Part shown: positions 1 through 23,599 of the stretch, piece after piece
Position numbering within the stretch: the stretch's first letter is position 1
Layout: each line of letters begins with the position of its first letter
Translations under genes and position numbers: made by a program
Source of the DNA: Zygnema circumcarinatum SAG 698-1b
Taxonomy: Eukaryota > Plantae > Zygnematophyceae
NCBI GenBank assembly: GCA_037447605.1
Contig: CM074823.1
Coordinates: 868,001 to 932,000 of the forward strand
Direction: 5' to 3'
DNA length: 64,000 bases
Notes under the pieces: generated by a model
Database searches by the model: none
What the model was told of the DNA's origin: nothing
The model's input: only the letters and a program-made list of their open reading frames with translations

Positions 1-120
1 CATTTTTATTATTTCCTCCTTTAATTTTCTAGTGTAATTTAAAATCGGAAAATGGGCTGAAAAAAAAAAGTCCGACTGCATTACTGTGATGGAAATTTAC
101 TGAAAAGTTTTTGACCGTAC

Positions 121-418
121 AATTCAGAGACCGTTTTGACGCCGTCTCCGTCCCAGTCGACGCATGTAACGCCCCTCCAGTTAGAGCCACATGGATCGTT
201 GCCGTGCCACGTGGCAAGAGGCGATTGGTCGCTAGCGGCCGCTTTTAACGCCTTTAGAACCGCAACTGATGCGAAAATTCGGAAAATTGGAGACAAAATC
301 GAATGTGTCAATTTGGCGAAAACGAAAGCTGGGTCAATTTGGGACGGAAGGAAATTGAAAGGGAGGGAGAGAGAGAGAGGGAGAGGGAGATTGATTACAG
401 GAAGGCCAATCTCTCTCA

Positions 419-456
<38 letters not shown>

Positions 457-459
457 ATT

Positions 460-509
<50 letters not shown>

Positions 510-783
510 CCTTCTGTTTCGATATGCACTTAACTCCTCAATTTCTTCATCTATTTCCTTTAATTGATTGATTAAATAATTCCCATTTTCTATGCAGTCC
601 CAAAAAGGAAAGAAAAATTGCGATCGACTTACGATCGACGAGGTCAGTCACTGCGTCGACTCGCAATATGGGAGCGAGGAAAAGGACAAAAAGAGACAGC
701 GGAAGGTTCCAGGAAAGCGCCCTCGCCCTCTCCCTCGAAGTGATGTCGGTGGCGTCGGCGACATCACTTTGCGGATGATGCAT
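121..783 (-). CDS. LRR receptor-like kinase/protein, 5' part (signal peptide + LRR N-terminal cap); continues off the left edge
   Basis: Exons 783-633 (ATG; phase-1 GTAAGT donor) and 265-121 (CAG acceptor; GTACGG donor). The splice gives a hydrophobic segment SLFVLFLAPILRVDA, then VTDLVDLAVLKALK...LATWHGNDPCGSNWRGVTC, the W-x-G-x-D-P-C-x(3)-W-x-G-V-T-C LRRNT cap of plant LRR-RLKs/RLPs. No kinase domain lies in the window. Confidence 0.85.
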
Positions 784-839
784 GGTGCGGCTACATCATG
801 GTCGAAAACTGGAATTAGGACTAAGTGCTGAGCAGGAGG

Positions 840-2080
840 TGAGGGAGCGGGAGAAAGAGAGGAGGGGGAGAAGATGGGGAGGGAGGGAGAAGGGAGGGAT
901 AAGGGAGGGAGAGCTGGAGAAGTGGTAGAGAAAGGAGGGAGACGAATTGGTGGGCATATGGAGGAAGGAGGGGGGGGGGAGGGGGAGGGGTAGAGAGGCA
1001 GAGAGAGAGAGAGAGAGGCAGGGGGGGGGGAACACATGAGATAGAGCGAGAACAAAGGGAGAGGATAGGCGAGATGGAGAGAAAGAGAGAGTTGAGAACG
1101 CTTGAGGAAAAGCAGTGAGAGAGGGAGAGAGAGAGAGGGAGAGAGAGCGAGGAAATCAGGTAGAGAAGCAAAGGGGAGAGGGGAGGGAGGTGAGGAAAGA
1201 TTTTGTGAGATGGAAATCGAGGAGAGAGAGAGAGAGAGAGAGTGAGAGTTGGGGAGAGAAAAAGTACTTAAAAATTTGGTTCAAGGAGAAAGGAGACGAA
1301 TGAAACGTACTGTGTGCAGTGCAGCGCTTGAACTTGAGCGATTCGGTGAAGCTTATTCCTCGCCCTTACAGCGGAAATGGAAAAGAGAGAGAGAGAGATA
1401 GATTGAGGGAAGGAAGATAGTGAAGGGAATTTGATAGCGCCTATAAGTGCTGCTAAGGGAGGACCGTGGGTGAGGGAGGGAGGAGCGGGGGAGGGAGGGA
1501 GGGAGGCAGGGAGGGAGGGAGGGAGGGAGGGAGGGAGGGAGAAGAGAGGGAGGCAGGAATGGAGGGAGGGAGGCACAGAACGAGGAGGGGAGAGAGGGAG
1601 AGGGAGGGAGGCAGGAAGGTAGGGAAGGAGGCAGAGAGAGAGGGGGAAGAGGGAGAGAGAAAGGAAGGAATGGAGGGAGGGAGGGAGGTAGAGAGAGAGG
1701 GGGGAGAGAGGGAGAGTGAGGGAGACAGGAATGGAGGGAGGGAGGAATGGAGGGAGGGAGGAAAAGAGAGGGGGGAGAAAGGGAGAGAGTGGGAGGCAGG
1801 AATGGACGGAGGAAGGCAGGGAGGCAGGGAGAGAGGGGGGAGAGAGGGAGCGAGAGGGAGGCAGGAATGGAGGGAGGGAGGCAGAAAGAGAGGGGGAAGA
1901 GAGGGAGCGGGAGGGAGGCAGGAATGGAGGGAGGGAGACAGAGAGAGAGGGGGGAGAGAGGAAGCGAGAGGGAGGCAGGAATGGAGGAAGGGGGACAGTG
2001 AGAGAGGGTGGAGAGAGGGAGCGGGACGGAGGCAGGAAGGGTGGGAGGGAGGCAGAGAGAGGGAGGGAGGGAGGGTGGGT
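840..2080. repeat. GA/GGA-rich low-complexity minisatellite
   Basis: Almost pure purine + strand with recurring GGAGGCAGGAATGGAGGGAGG units. The overlapping ORFs are low-complexity artefacts. Confidence 0.85.
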
Positions 2081-2671
2081 GGGAGTGACGGCAGGAGCGC
2101 CATGGGACCGCCCGGTCGCAGCGAGGGACCCTCCGCGACCCGAGGAATGTCGGTGGGTTGTTTCTAACCGTTGGGCCGGGCGCTCGATCCAAATCCGTAC
2201 AGTGACAATGTACGGTCATGTCGGTTAGCAAGTGTTTCTATGTACGGCCATTCCGTTTCGCAAGTGCTGTCGGCCAAAGCGAAACCCTGTGGGTCCCACC
2301 CCGCTCTAGCCCTTACGGTACTTTTCGACCGCTGTAGTTGGGACAATGAAAAAAAAAAATCACAAATCTCGTCAAAATTGAAAAGGTTGGAAATAGAAAA
2401 ATGCCAAAAAATTGTCCGCACGTGCCGAGATACTGTACTTTGCTATCATGAGGTCCTGCCGTACTTTCTTGTGTCTGGTTCAGTTTTGTACCGTTGGAGC
2501 TGTCGTGTAGCGCAGCGAAGCGTACAAGACGAACGTTCTGTAGCGTACAGTACCTTATTAGTTCGTACTGAATTATTTGTCGTGTAGCGGTATTGTACTT
2601 CGTTACCGTACATATATTTGTCGTTTTCTTTTATTTTAGTACAGTACGTGTTCTTCTGCACGGGCTGAAAC

Positions 2672-3540
2672 GTTCGTATCGTATCGAAATATCGTATCGT
2701 ATTGTTCCTAACCCTAAACCCTGACCCTAACCCTAACTGACTCTGGAGCCCTAACCCTAAACCCTGACCCTACCACCTGTCAAGTGCTTCCATATCGCGA
2801 CATATGGAGCTGCTACAAAACAAAACGACTGGCGGTTTCTGATCTCTTTCGCGTGTCTTCCCGACAGTGAAAAGGTTCAAGACTCACTTTATATCGCGAC
2901 GGCAGCAGAAGAAGCTCCTCATAAAAACGTCTGGTAAAATACTCAGTAGCATATTCAAGACTTTGCGAACCCGCGAACCACCTCTTGCCTCCTTGTGATG
3001 CGCCATGCTAAAAAGAAAAGGGGGAAACAGCAGGAGGAGAGGGAAAGATACATTCCAAAGAGGACGAGGGAGGGAGGGAGGAGGAGGGTTCAGACCTAAA
3101 CCCCCCGTCGGGACCTTGCAGTGCCATGCACTCTGCGTGCGGTATCCACCGTCCGTTTCTTGACCACTGTCAGCAACATCCGACGGACCTTACGATGCCA
3201 CGTACACAACTCAGGTTTTGCTGCTTAGTCATACGTCATAACCAAAGTACTTCTAGATAATTAGTCACTCACTTTGACCACCATTTGCAGTTTCAAACTC
3301 GCCACACAAAAACCACTCGTGGTTTCATGTTCCTTCGATCCCGTGTTCTTGGTGCCCAGCGATATATTGTATATATCGTATCGCGGTATTTATGGACTAC
3401 TAGCAAAGCGTATCGTTTGTATCGCAAATTTTTACCAATTTCGTATCGTGTTTGTTGTGATATATCATATCGTATGATATGTATCGTATCGTATTTTTGA
3501 ATATCGTACCGTATAGTATCGTTGCATAGTAGTCAGTCGT
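2672..3540. repeat. CGTAT/ATACG pentamer-rich dispersed repeat (blocks at 2672-2705 and 3360-3540), with short CCCTAA(A) repeats at 2705-2770
   Basis: Clustered CGTATCGTAT motifs, with a similar block at 57660-57930. Resembles subterminal repeats of non-autonomous DNA transposons (inference); no TIR or TSD found. Confidence 0.4.
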
Positions 3541-3884
3541 ACGGAATTCTCTTCCGTGACACCGCTTGCATTTAGGGCTTACGGTACTACTCAGAGGACG
3601 TGGAGAAGGGCGAAGAGTGCGAGAAAGAGAAAGGGAGAGGGAGGGAGAGGTACAGAGGGTGAGAGAGGCAGAGAGACAGAGAAAGAGAGTGAAAGAGGGT
3701 GAGAGGGAGAGGGAGAGGGACAGAGAGAGAGGGAGAGGGAGAGAGGGAAAGGAAGAGGGAGAGAGACTGAAAGAAGCGGGAGCTGCTTGAAGCGCTACAC
3801 TTCATCGTTTAGGTCTTTTAGGGTAATCTCGATCCGCAGCGTCACGTGACTGCTGCCGTCGTTAACTTATCGAGGGCAGCAGCC

Positions 3885-4683
3885 ATGCCGCGGTACCTCT
3901 CTTACTTCATGTTTATGTTAATGAGTTCCATGGATTCAAGGTTTAGGTTAAGGGAAGTTAGAGCCTCTCTCTCTTGCCGTCCCCTCTGTCTAGTTCTCTC
4001 TCTCTCTCACTCTCTCTCTCTCTTTATCTCTTTCTCTCTCTCTCTTGCCCTCTCTCTCTCTCACACCTTCTCCCTCTCTTTCTCTCTCTCACTCTCTCTC
4101 TCTCTTCCTCGTTCACTCTTTCTCTGTCAAATTCCGCTGGTTTCCTAAATATCAGATTCTCACAAATTTAGGGTTTCTAGCGGTTAAGACGTCAGGTTTA
4201 ACTGCACATCTTGCCCCTTTTTTTTTTTGGGTAAATGGCTTCCGTTCTCGCATGAGGATTGCACTCAGTTTTCTACCCCCATTTTTCTCTCCCTCTTTTT
4301 TACTCTTTGGGGTCGGGGGAATGTGCTCACAGATACTATTGTGATTATTGCGACACATATTTGACCCACGATTCGGTAAAAATCCGAAGTCTCAATAACA
4401 TGCAGCTCCATCTCTTTTTTCCTTCTCTCGCCCTTCTCCCCTCTCTCCTCTCCCTCCTCTCTTTCACTCCCTTCTCGTTCTCTCTCAAGTGCACGTGAAG
4501 AAGCCTTTGTTTTTTGATTTTAAAAATTGACTCCTTCATAGTTGCAGCCTCTTGGCTGTCCTTGAATGGAATCCGACTAACACATAGACTGCAGGATTTT
4601 AACCACCGCCGTTCCCCTCCCCCCTCCCTTTTGTTTTTCAGCCTTCAGTGCGGAAGCAGCACAATGCAGGCTACAAGCACAAG
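3885..4683 (+). CDS. U1-C: U1 snRNP protein C (zf-U1), exons 1-3 only
   Basis: Exons 3885-3892, 4333-4375 and 4642-4683, all GT-AG, splice to [31 protein letters not shown], the near-invariant plant U1-C N-terminus. Downstream exons not found; N-gap at 5044-5053. Confidence 0.95.
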
Positions 4684-7120
4684 GTGTGTCCCTGTCCTCC
4701 CCCTTCATCTTTTCCTTACCTTTAATTTTCATTCTCCCCCTACCTTCGCCCTGCTCTCGTTATCTTTCCACCTCACTTTCGTTCTTTTTCCATTTCCACT
4801 CTTAGCTCTTTCCTTTCCCCCCTCTCTTTCTCCATCTCTTCTCCTCCTACGTCTCGTCCACACTATCCCCCCACCTGCTTTTCAAACCGGACACCCACTC
4901 ACCCCTCACTCCCTCCCTCCCTCCCTCTCCTTCTCTCCCTCCCTCCTTCCCTCCCTCCCTTCCTCCCTCCCTCCCTCCCTCCCTCCATTCCTGCCTCCCT
5001 CTCTATCCCTCTCTTCTCCCTCTCTCTCTCTCCGCTCTCTCCCNNNNNNNNNNAGGGAGAGGGAGAGGGAGAGGGAGAGGGAGGAGAGAGGGAGGGGAGA
5101 GGGAGAGGGAGGAGGGAGGGAGGGGAGAGGGAGGGCGGGCGGAGGGGTTCTGTTATTCGTGGCGGAGAAAAATGGTGTAGGGGACAAATCCTTTTAGTGG
5201 TTTCTCTATTCTGGCAGTCTGCAGTGAATGGGTAGCTGATGGCGTATGGGTGGTCATGCATGTGTCATGTACTGCAGCCATACATCCATCCCATGCTCAT
5301 GCGCATCCACATTTGCATGTGCATGCATCCAATTTGTCATGCATGGAGTGCATCTCATGATGGGAATAGGGCATGGCCCTGCCATCGTTTCCATGCAGGT
5401 CGTTCTGTTGGGGTTCACAGTCAGGTCACATTCTATGGCATGAGCCATGGAAACATCTTAGCTTGCCACGTAAGCATGTTGATTGCCATTTGGCTTGCCA
5501 CGCAAGCATTTTATTTGCTACGTGAGCATTGACTCCGACGTGGAGAGTTGGCATTGGACTATGTGTGTAATGTCCACAGCCCACAACCACACGCGAATTA
5601 TGGTTATGCGGACACTGACAAACAAGCACACAGCAGAAAGGAAAATAAAAAGCTCACGTACTCAGAGAAATATCGGAAATATCGTGCAGAACCGTATCGG
5701 ACTGTTAGACGTACCTGATTACATCTCGATGTTGACATATTGGGTATTCCCGTTGTCAACCTGTCTAGCTGTTTTCGGCTCCGTCAAAACCTGTCAACCA
5801 AAGGCCTAATTTGACCGTCCGTACATGTGTGTATCATATTTTGTCGTTTATGGCAGTCTAAACAGTTCACTACCAAAACGACAAAAAGAATAACCGTCAC
5901 GAAGCTCTGAAGTCAAAAACAGTGACGCCGGAAAAAACCGTCTTGTCGTCCTGGCAGTACAAAAATTTGTCGTATGTGAATATTTCAGTACGGATAAGAC
6001 ATGCGGACGTGCAGTAAACCGTCGTTTAGCGTAGATTTCGTACAGGCTCGAGACGTTCGAGAGTCGTACGGACCTTTTGATAGGGGCACTTGTCAAGTGG
6101 TCAATGGAGCTCTTTGTCGGCGCCTCCAAGGAAGGCGGCAGGGCCCTACGAGGTCGCGACCGTACATGCGCGTACGCCTGCGTGGCGTACTGTACAGTAG
6201 TACTGTACTGTAAGACAACTTTCGTACAGTTGGATCAACTATTGTCCTCAGTGAAAAATTTCATTTCGGAGCAACTGTTGATTTGATTCCACATGAGGTC
6301 AATGAGATCCACTGGGTTTGATGGCCGAGGCCCTAGCTTGGATCAATCCGCGTTTTGCTCGTACTAGTTGGCACAGATCCACGTGTTGATCTGAAATATT
6401 TCTCATTCCATCCAGGATCAACGATGACTGGAGTCCTTCCGACCACACGCGTTGACCCACGTCCCATCAAACTCTCAAAATTTGCGATCACAAACCAATT
6501 CAACCGTGTAAACCCAAACCCCTTCCTTCCCTCAGCAAATTCAATCGCTGAACAATGCATTCCACTCCAATTCCACTCTCATTCCACTCTACCTCAACCC
6601 AACGGATCCATCTCACCATTGATCCTGAAATGTGGACCCGCCCGCCCTCCCTCCTCCCCCCCCCGCCGCGTCGTACGGCGATTTCCACGTCCTTCACCAG
6701 ATTGCGGCCCGGGCGGGCCGGCCGCCCCTCATAATGCAAATCCGCGTTACGACGCCGAGACGCGCTTTCTTCCTTTCCTTCTCTTGCAAGGCTCAAAAGC
6801 TTCATCCTCCAAAACCTCAAAGTTTCTGAACCCTCGAACCAACAAACCCCAAGTCCTTGAGAGATTCAAGAGAGCCCTGAACCCTGGAGGGTTCAAGGCC
6901 CTGAAACGAGGGTCAACGGACTGCTGAGATCGTACGGATGATGATGATGATGATGGCGCCCTCGGAATCCAACGGCGGAGATCATCCGAATTCCGAACTC
7001 AAAACTCCGAGGGCCCTGAACCCCTGACCTCTGGAATTTGACAAACCCTAAATCTTGAACCCTACAATTTGGAGGGGAGAGAGGCAGGGGGGCAGCAGCA
7101 GCAGCGCCGCATGCAAACGG

Positions 7121-18024
<10,904 letters not shown>

Positions 18025-19532
18025 AACTGAAACTGTAACATATACAACATATACAGGGAACCACCATGCTCGTGGTTTCCATGCGGGACGGTTTGCGTCG
18101 TCAGTGTATTTAGGGTTTGAGGTTTTGAAAAACGAGTGCCCGACATAACCGCCATGCTTTGCAGGAGAGAGACTGAGGGCCCAAACCCTGCTGCTAAACC
18201 CTGCGAATTTCGTTAATTGCGGAAATCGGGACATGCAAATTTGAAACAAAATTTTCTTTTTGTAAATCAGACATTCTTTTGAAGGCGTGTTGGTGCGCCT
18301 TCCCTCTTTTATTTTTTCGGAGTGGTCTACTTCTTCCTTCCTTTCTATCCTTTGTAGCTCCTTCAAAGTCACCAAAAATGGAAAAAAAAAAATCTTGGGA
18401 ACTTTTTATGGAGGAGGACCCTTTCTCCATTTGTACGTCGAGGTGGGTTTCTAGATGGATTTGATGGCACTGGCCAATCTAGAACTGCCACGTGTCGGGG
18501 TAGTGGCTTGCCACCATAAGAGTGGGCCTCTCGATAAAGTCAACAGCACACCCACAATGTGAGTACAGTAGGATGAATTCAAAGTACAGTACGGCCCACA
18601 TTTCAGATCAACTTAAAAGTTACTTTCGATTAGCCTTACCCAAAAGACAATGCTCAGCTTCCCTTCGGAAAATTTACACATTTTTTGCCAAGACCTTTGA
18701 TGACGTGAGCCTATATCCGCTTGCCACGTAAACTCTATCTGATATGGCGAGCTGTGAGTGGATCATGCTTTGTTGTAGGATACCCTCATTGGCAAACCCA
18801 TGCCATCATGGCATGCCATGTTCTGTTCTGTTTCCTCATGTCACGTCTCGTCACGTCACGTCGTGGTGTATCATGTCACGTCATGTCATGTAATGTCACG
18901 GCATGTCATACCATGCCTTGCCGTCATGACATGACGTGACATGCCACTCCCCATAGACGTCGAGAGGCCCACATGCGACTCCTCTCAAGGCCGCCGGTGC
19001 ATGCATGCCGGGGGTCCACGTGGACCGGTCTTTTTCTGCCACCTCGGATGCGTACCGTCGCCCTTTGTCCACATGGACCGGCAACCACGACCAGCCGCGA
19101 CCAGCCGGCCGTCACTCGTTGGACGACCGGTCGGCAGCGAACGGCCGTTCAGCCGTCAGTTCGTACGTTTAGCCGGCTGAGCATTGGGCGGGGACGTTTG
19201 TCGTTTTTCGGAGCAGGACCTGTGACTCGCAAAGAGGGCCTCGGGGGGCCAAAGGAACGCTGGAAGTTCTATGTGCGTCAGTTCCCGTTAAACGGGAAAA
19301 TAGAAAAAATAAATTTACATGTGTAGGGGGAGGGGTCTTGAGTGCAGCAGCACCTTCCCTTTGGAGGAAAACCTGCTTCACTTTTTCAGCCATGGCCTGC
19401 ATGCCGAAAATTTTACCCACCCATTTTGTTAATCTCAAAAGTAAAGAGAACATTTGCCTCTGCTTAAAAAAATTCACTATCTGCCAATCCATCGAATTTG
19501 CCAGAAAGAAATTCAGCGCAGCAGTTTTCAAA

Positions 19533-22500
19533 ATGGGGCAGTATGGAAAATCCGAAACCTCAATTCGAGCCCCCATAGGTGGTTGGTTGAACTTCAGCTT
19601 TGTCCAATTTCAAGAAATTTTATTAAAGAAATTTTACGAGTCGTGTGGTCTCGTTCAGCGATTGGTCGAAATCGATTCAGAAACTTCGATCGCAGTCTGG
19701 GTCCCAAAAAAACCCAATTCCGGGCAGGAAACCAAAGGGGCCCAAAAAAGTAAAAAAAAATCGATTGTATTATTGCATGGATTTGGGGCCTCGGCCATAT
19801 GGCAGTGGTCCGGGCAGGTCCCAAAACTTTCACCGATCTACGACGTTTATATGCTGGATTTGATTTTTTTTGGGGGCAGCACCAGCAGCAGCCTTCAGAG
19901 GACGGAAATTTTTCAGGCGGAGTGTGTTGTGAAGCTGATGGATATTCTCGGAGTGGAGACATTCGACATTGTGGGGATCAGCTATGGAGGGTTCGTTGCA
20001 TACAGGTGAGAGGGGGAGGGGGGGCGGGGGAGGAGGGGGAGGGGAGAGAGTGGGAGGAGAGAAGGGGGGTGGAGAGGAGGGAAGAGAAAGAGGGGAAGTG
20101 AGGAGTGAGAGAAGAGAGGAGGGGAGAGAGGATGGGGAGGGAGGGAGGGTGGGGAGAGAGGGGGAGGGGGGAGAGAGGGGTGGAGGGGGGCTGGGTTAGA
20201 GAAGTGGTGGGGGGGGGAGAGAGGGGGGGTTGGGTGGGGGAGAGAAGGGGGAGGGGGGAGAGAGAGAGGGGTGGAGGGGGGAGAGGAGGGGGGACATGGA
20301 GCTGGGGGGAAGAGAGGGGAAGTGAGGAGAGATAAAGGAGAGGAGGGGAGAGGAGATGGGAGGGTGTGGGGGGGAGAGAGGGGGAGGGGGAGAGAGGGGT
20401 GGAGGGGGGGGAGAGGAGGGGGAAGGGAGCTGGGGGAAGAGAGGGAAGTGGGGAGAGAGAAAGAAGAGGAGGGGAGAGGAGATGGGAGGGTGTGGGGGGG
20501 AGAGAGGGGGAGGGGGGGAGAGAGGGGGGTGGAGGGGGAGAGGAGGGGGAAGGGAGCTGGGGGAAGAGAGGGAAGTGGGGAGAGAGAAAGGAGAGGAGGG
20601 GAGAGGGATGGAGGGTGGGGAAAGAGAGGGGGGTTGGGTGGGGGAGAGAAGGGGGGAGGGGGAGAGAGGGGGGGAAGGGGGAGAGGAGGGGAGAGGAGGG
20701 GGGAAGAGAGCTGGGGGGGAAGAGAGGGGACGTGGGGAGAGAGAAAGGAGAGGAGGGGAGAGGGGATGGGATGGTGGGAGGGGGGGGGAAAGTGGGGGGG
20801 GGGCGGAGAGGGAAAGAGGGGGGAGGGTGGGGAGAGAGGGGGGGGTTGGTGGGGAAGAGTCGGGGGGGAAAGGGAGCTGTGGGGATGGGAGAGAAAGACG
20901 AGAGGAGGGGGGGAGAAGGGAGCTGTGGGGGGGAGAGAGGGGAGTGGGGAGAGAGAGATTTGTGGAGGGGAGAGGGGGGGAGAGAAAAGGGGGGGGAGAA
21001 AGGGGAAGTTGGAAGCGAGAGGGAGGAGGTGGAGGGGAGAGAATGGGGAAGGAGTGGGGGTGGGAGGGGAGGGAGAGAGGGAAGGAGGGACGGAGGGACG
21101 GAGGGACGGAGGGACGGAGGGACGGAGGGTGGGGAGGAGAGTTAGAGAGTGGAGGGGCGAAGGGAAGGTGGGAGGGGGAGTGGAAAGGGAAAGAGGTAAG
21201 AGATGGAGGGGAGCAGGGTATGGAGGGAGAGTGGGGTGGGAGGGGTGAGAGGGGTGGGAGGGGGGAGAGGGGTAGGAGGGAGAATGGAGGAAGGTATGGA
21301 GATAGGAAGGAATAGGGTGTGTGAGGGGAGAAACAGGAGGGAGAAGGAGGGTAGGGGGGTGGTATAAGTGGTGGGAGAGAGCAAAGGAGTGATGGGGAAG
21401 GAGGAGGGAAGGCGAGAGGGTTGTGGTGGAGGGGAGATGAGGTTGGAATTAACAGAGAGTGATGGGCCTGAATGTGAGGAGGGAGAGGACGAGTGAGGAG
21501 GGCTGAGTACGAAGGGTTTGACGGAGAGTGAGTGGGAAGGGTGGGGGGGAGAGAGATGGAAACGTAGATATTAGAGTGGGAGGAGATTGGACGAAATGGA
21601 GTAGGAGACTGCCCTTAGGGAGAGAAGTGAGGGACAGAAGGATGGCGGGTGGGTGGGGAGGGGAGTGGGAGAGACAGCAGAGAGAGCACTCCCCTCCCCC
21701 CCTCCCCTCCTTCTCCTCCACTCCCTCTCCCACTCCTCCCGTCTCTCCCTGTTGTCTTCACCAATCATGTTCTCCCTTTCAGTAAAACTTCACTTATCCT
21801 AAACTTCATTTGAAATTTGAATTCTCCCTTCCCTTTCTCCCTCAAAGTCACGAATAGTATTTTCAATTTTCTATCCCTTACTCCCTTTTATTCTTCCAGA
21901 ATTGCCACGATGTTCCCCGACCGCGTGCACAAGCTCTGTTTGGCGGATTCCGGAATTTTAATGAGAAAAGAGGAATTTATTTCAATGTTGGACCGGTGGA
22001 AAGTTAAAAGCCCCGCGGAGCTCCTCCTCCCGCGGGACATTGAGGGAGTGGCGAAGCTCATAGACCTTGCGTACTATAGGCCATGGCCCGTGCCGCAGTT
22101 TCTGCTGAGAGATACGCTGGGGGTAGGAGAGGGAGAGGGAGAGGGAGAGGGAGAGGGAGAGGGAGNNNNNNNNNNGGAGGGGGAGGGGGAGTGGGAGAGG
22201 GAGAGGGAGAGGGAGAGGGGATGGGGGAGGGTGAAGGGCTGGTTTGGGAGTAGAGGAGATTAAATTATTAGGGAGAAAGAGGAAGGGAAATTTATGACCT
22301 CATATTATACTGAGCCCTAATTCATTTGCTTGTTTTGTCTCCCTCACCCTCACCCTCCATCTTTGCATCGCCCTCCCAACCTGCTCTGCATCTCTCTCTC
22401 TCTCACCCACTCTACCCTCTCAGTGCCCTCTCACATGGCCTACTTACTCTGACCCTCTCCCATAGCACTTCCCTCGCTCTCTCTCCTCTCTCTCACCCTC

Positions 22501-23124
22501 TCTCGCTCACCCTCCCTCTGTCTTTCTCTCGCACTCTCTCGCATGCTCAACCTCTCCCTCTCCATCTTTCACTCGCTCGCTCATTCTCTCTTTCTCCCTG
22601 TCGCGCTCACCCTCTCTCTCTCTCCCTCTCTCACTCTCACCCTCCCCCTCTCTCTCTCTCTCTCCCCCCACTTTTCTCGTTGAATATCAGACAATGTTCT
22701 CCCTCATGGTGGAGGAGAAGAGAGAGCTTTTGGACGAGCTTGTGAAGTACATCGAGAATCCTCCAATTCCGTACCCCATTCCAGTACAGGTGGAAAAAAA
22801 ATCTGAAATCTGAAATTCCATGTCCTTTTTCTTCTTTTCTTGTTACTTGAACCTTGCAAATCATGAAAATCATGCGCTTAGTTTTTTTTTTTTTTTTTTT
22901 TTTGTTCAAATTCGTTTCTTTTCTGAGACAAATGTCTCCTGGTATCTTGTAGCAGATATGTATTAATCGTTTTTTTCTCTCTCGAGTTCATGATTTTAAT
23001 ATTAAGTGAAATCTGCTTTTTTATTTACGGATGCGAGGGGTATATATGGGTTATAGGACACTCTCCTCTTGTGGGGAGAAGAAGACGAAGTGTTTCCTGT
23101 CGACATTGGGAGACGGATGCGAGA
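19533..23124 (+). CDS. Alpha/beta-fold hydrolase (plant Abhydrolase type); last exon not seen
   Basis: Exons 19533-20005, 21900-22122, 22691-22789 and 23057-23124. Motifs: VLLHGFG, DLIFFGGS, nucleophile elbow GISYGG, acid-residue segment LLLWGEEDEVFP. The exon carrying the catalytic His is absent. Confidence 0.85.
20006..21700. repeat. G/A-rich low-complexity tract in hydrolase intron 1
   Basis: About 1.7 kb of nearly pure G/A; the ORFs here are compositional artefacts. Confidence 0.9.
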
Positions 23125-23599
23125 GTGAGTCGATTCCTTCTTTCACTCTCCCTCCCTCTCTCTCTCTCTCATTCTATCTCTCGCCCTCCCATTCTCTCTC
23201 CCTCTCTCTCTCTCACTCTATCTCTCGCCCTCCCACTCTCTCTCCCTCCCTCTCTCTCTCTCACACTCTATCTCTCGCCCTCCCACTCTCTCTCCCTCCC
23301 TCTCTCTCTCTCACACTCTATCTCTCGCCCCCTCATTCTCTCTCCCTCCCTCTCCCTCTCTCTCACTTTCTCTCTCGCCCTCCCACTCTCTCTCTCTCTC
23401 CATTCCTTTTTGCTTTTTTTCCTTTCGTTTTCATTTTTGGTTCTTCAGTTCCCTCGAGTTTTTCACTATGCAGTTCATTGAAGTCACGTAACAGTATGTC
23501 TTGTGACGTCACGTCACGTCATGTCACGTGTTCATGGCATTCCGCGTGTTTATGTCACGTCACAAGATGCGGAATTGGGTTTGAAATTGCGAAAATTGT

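Noticed and set aside
820-2230. Long Pro/Ser/Leu or Gly/Arg/Glu ORFs here and at 16500-17400, 20270-21315, 48450-49450, 53210-54640 and 56700-57360
   Set aside because: They are stop-free translations of GA/CT or CATA microsatellites, with no domain signal, and many lie inside defined introns.
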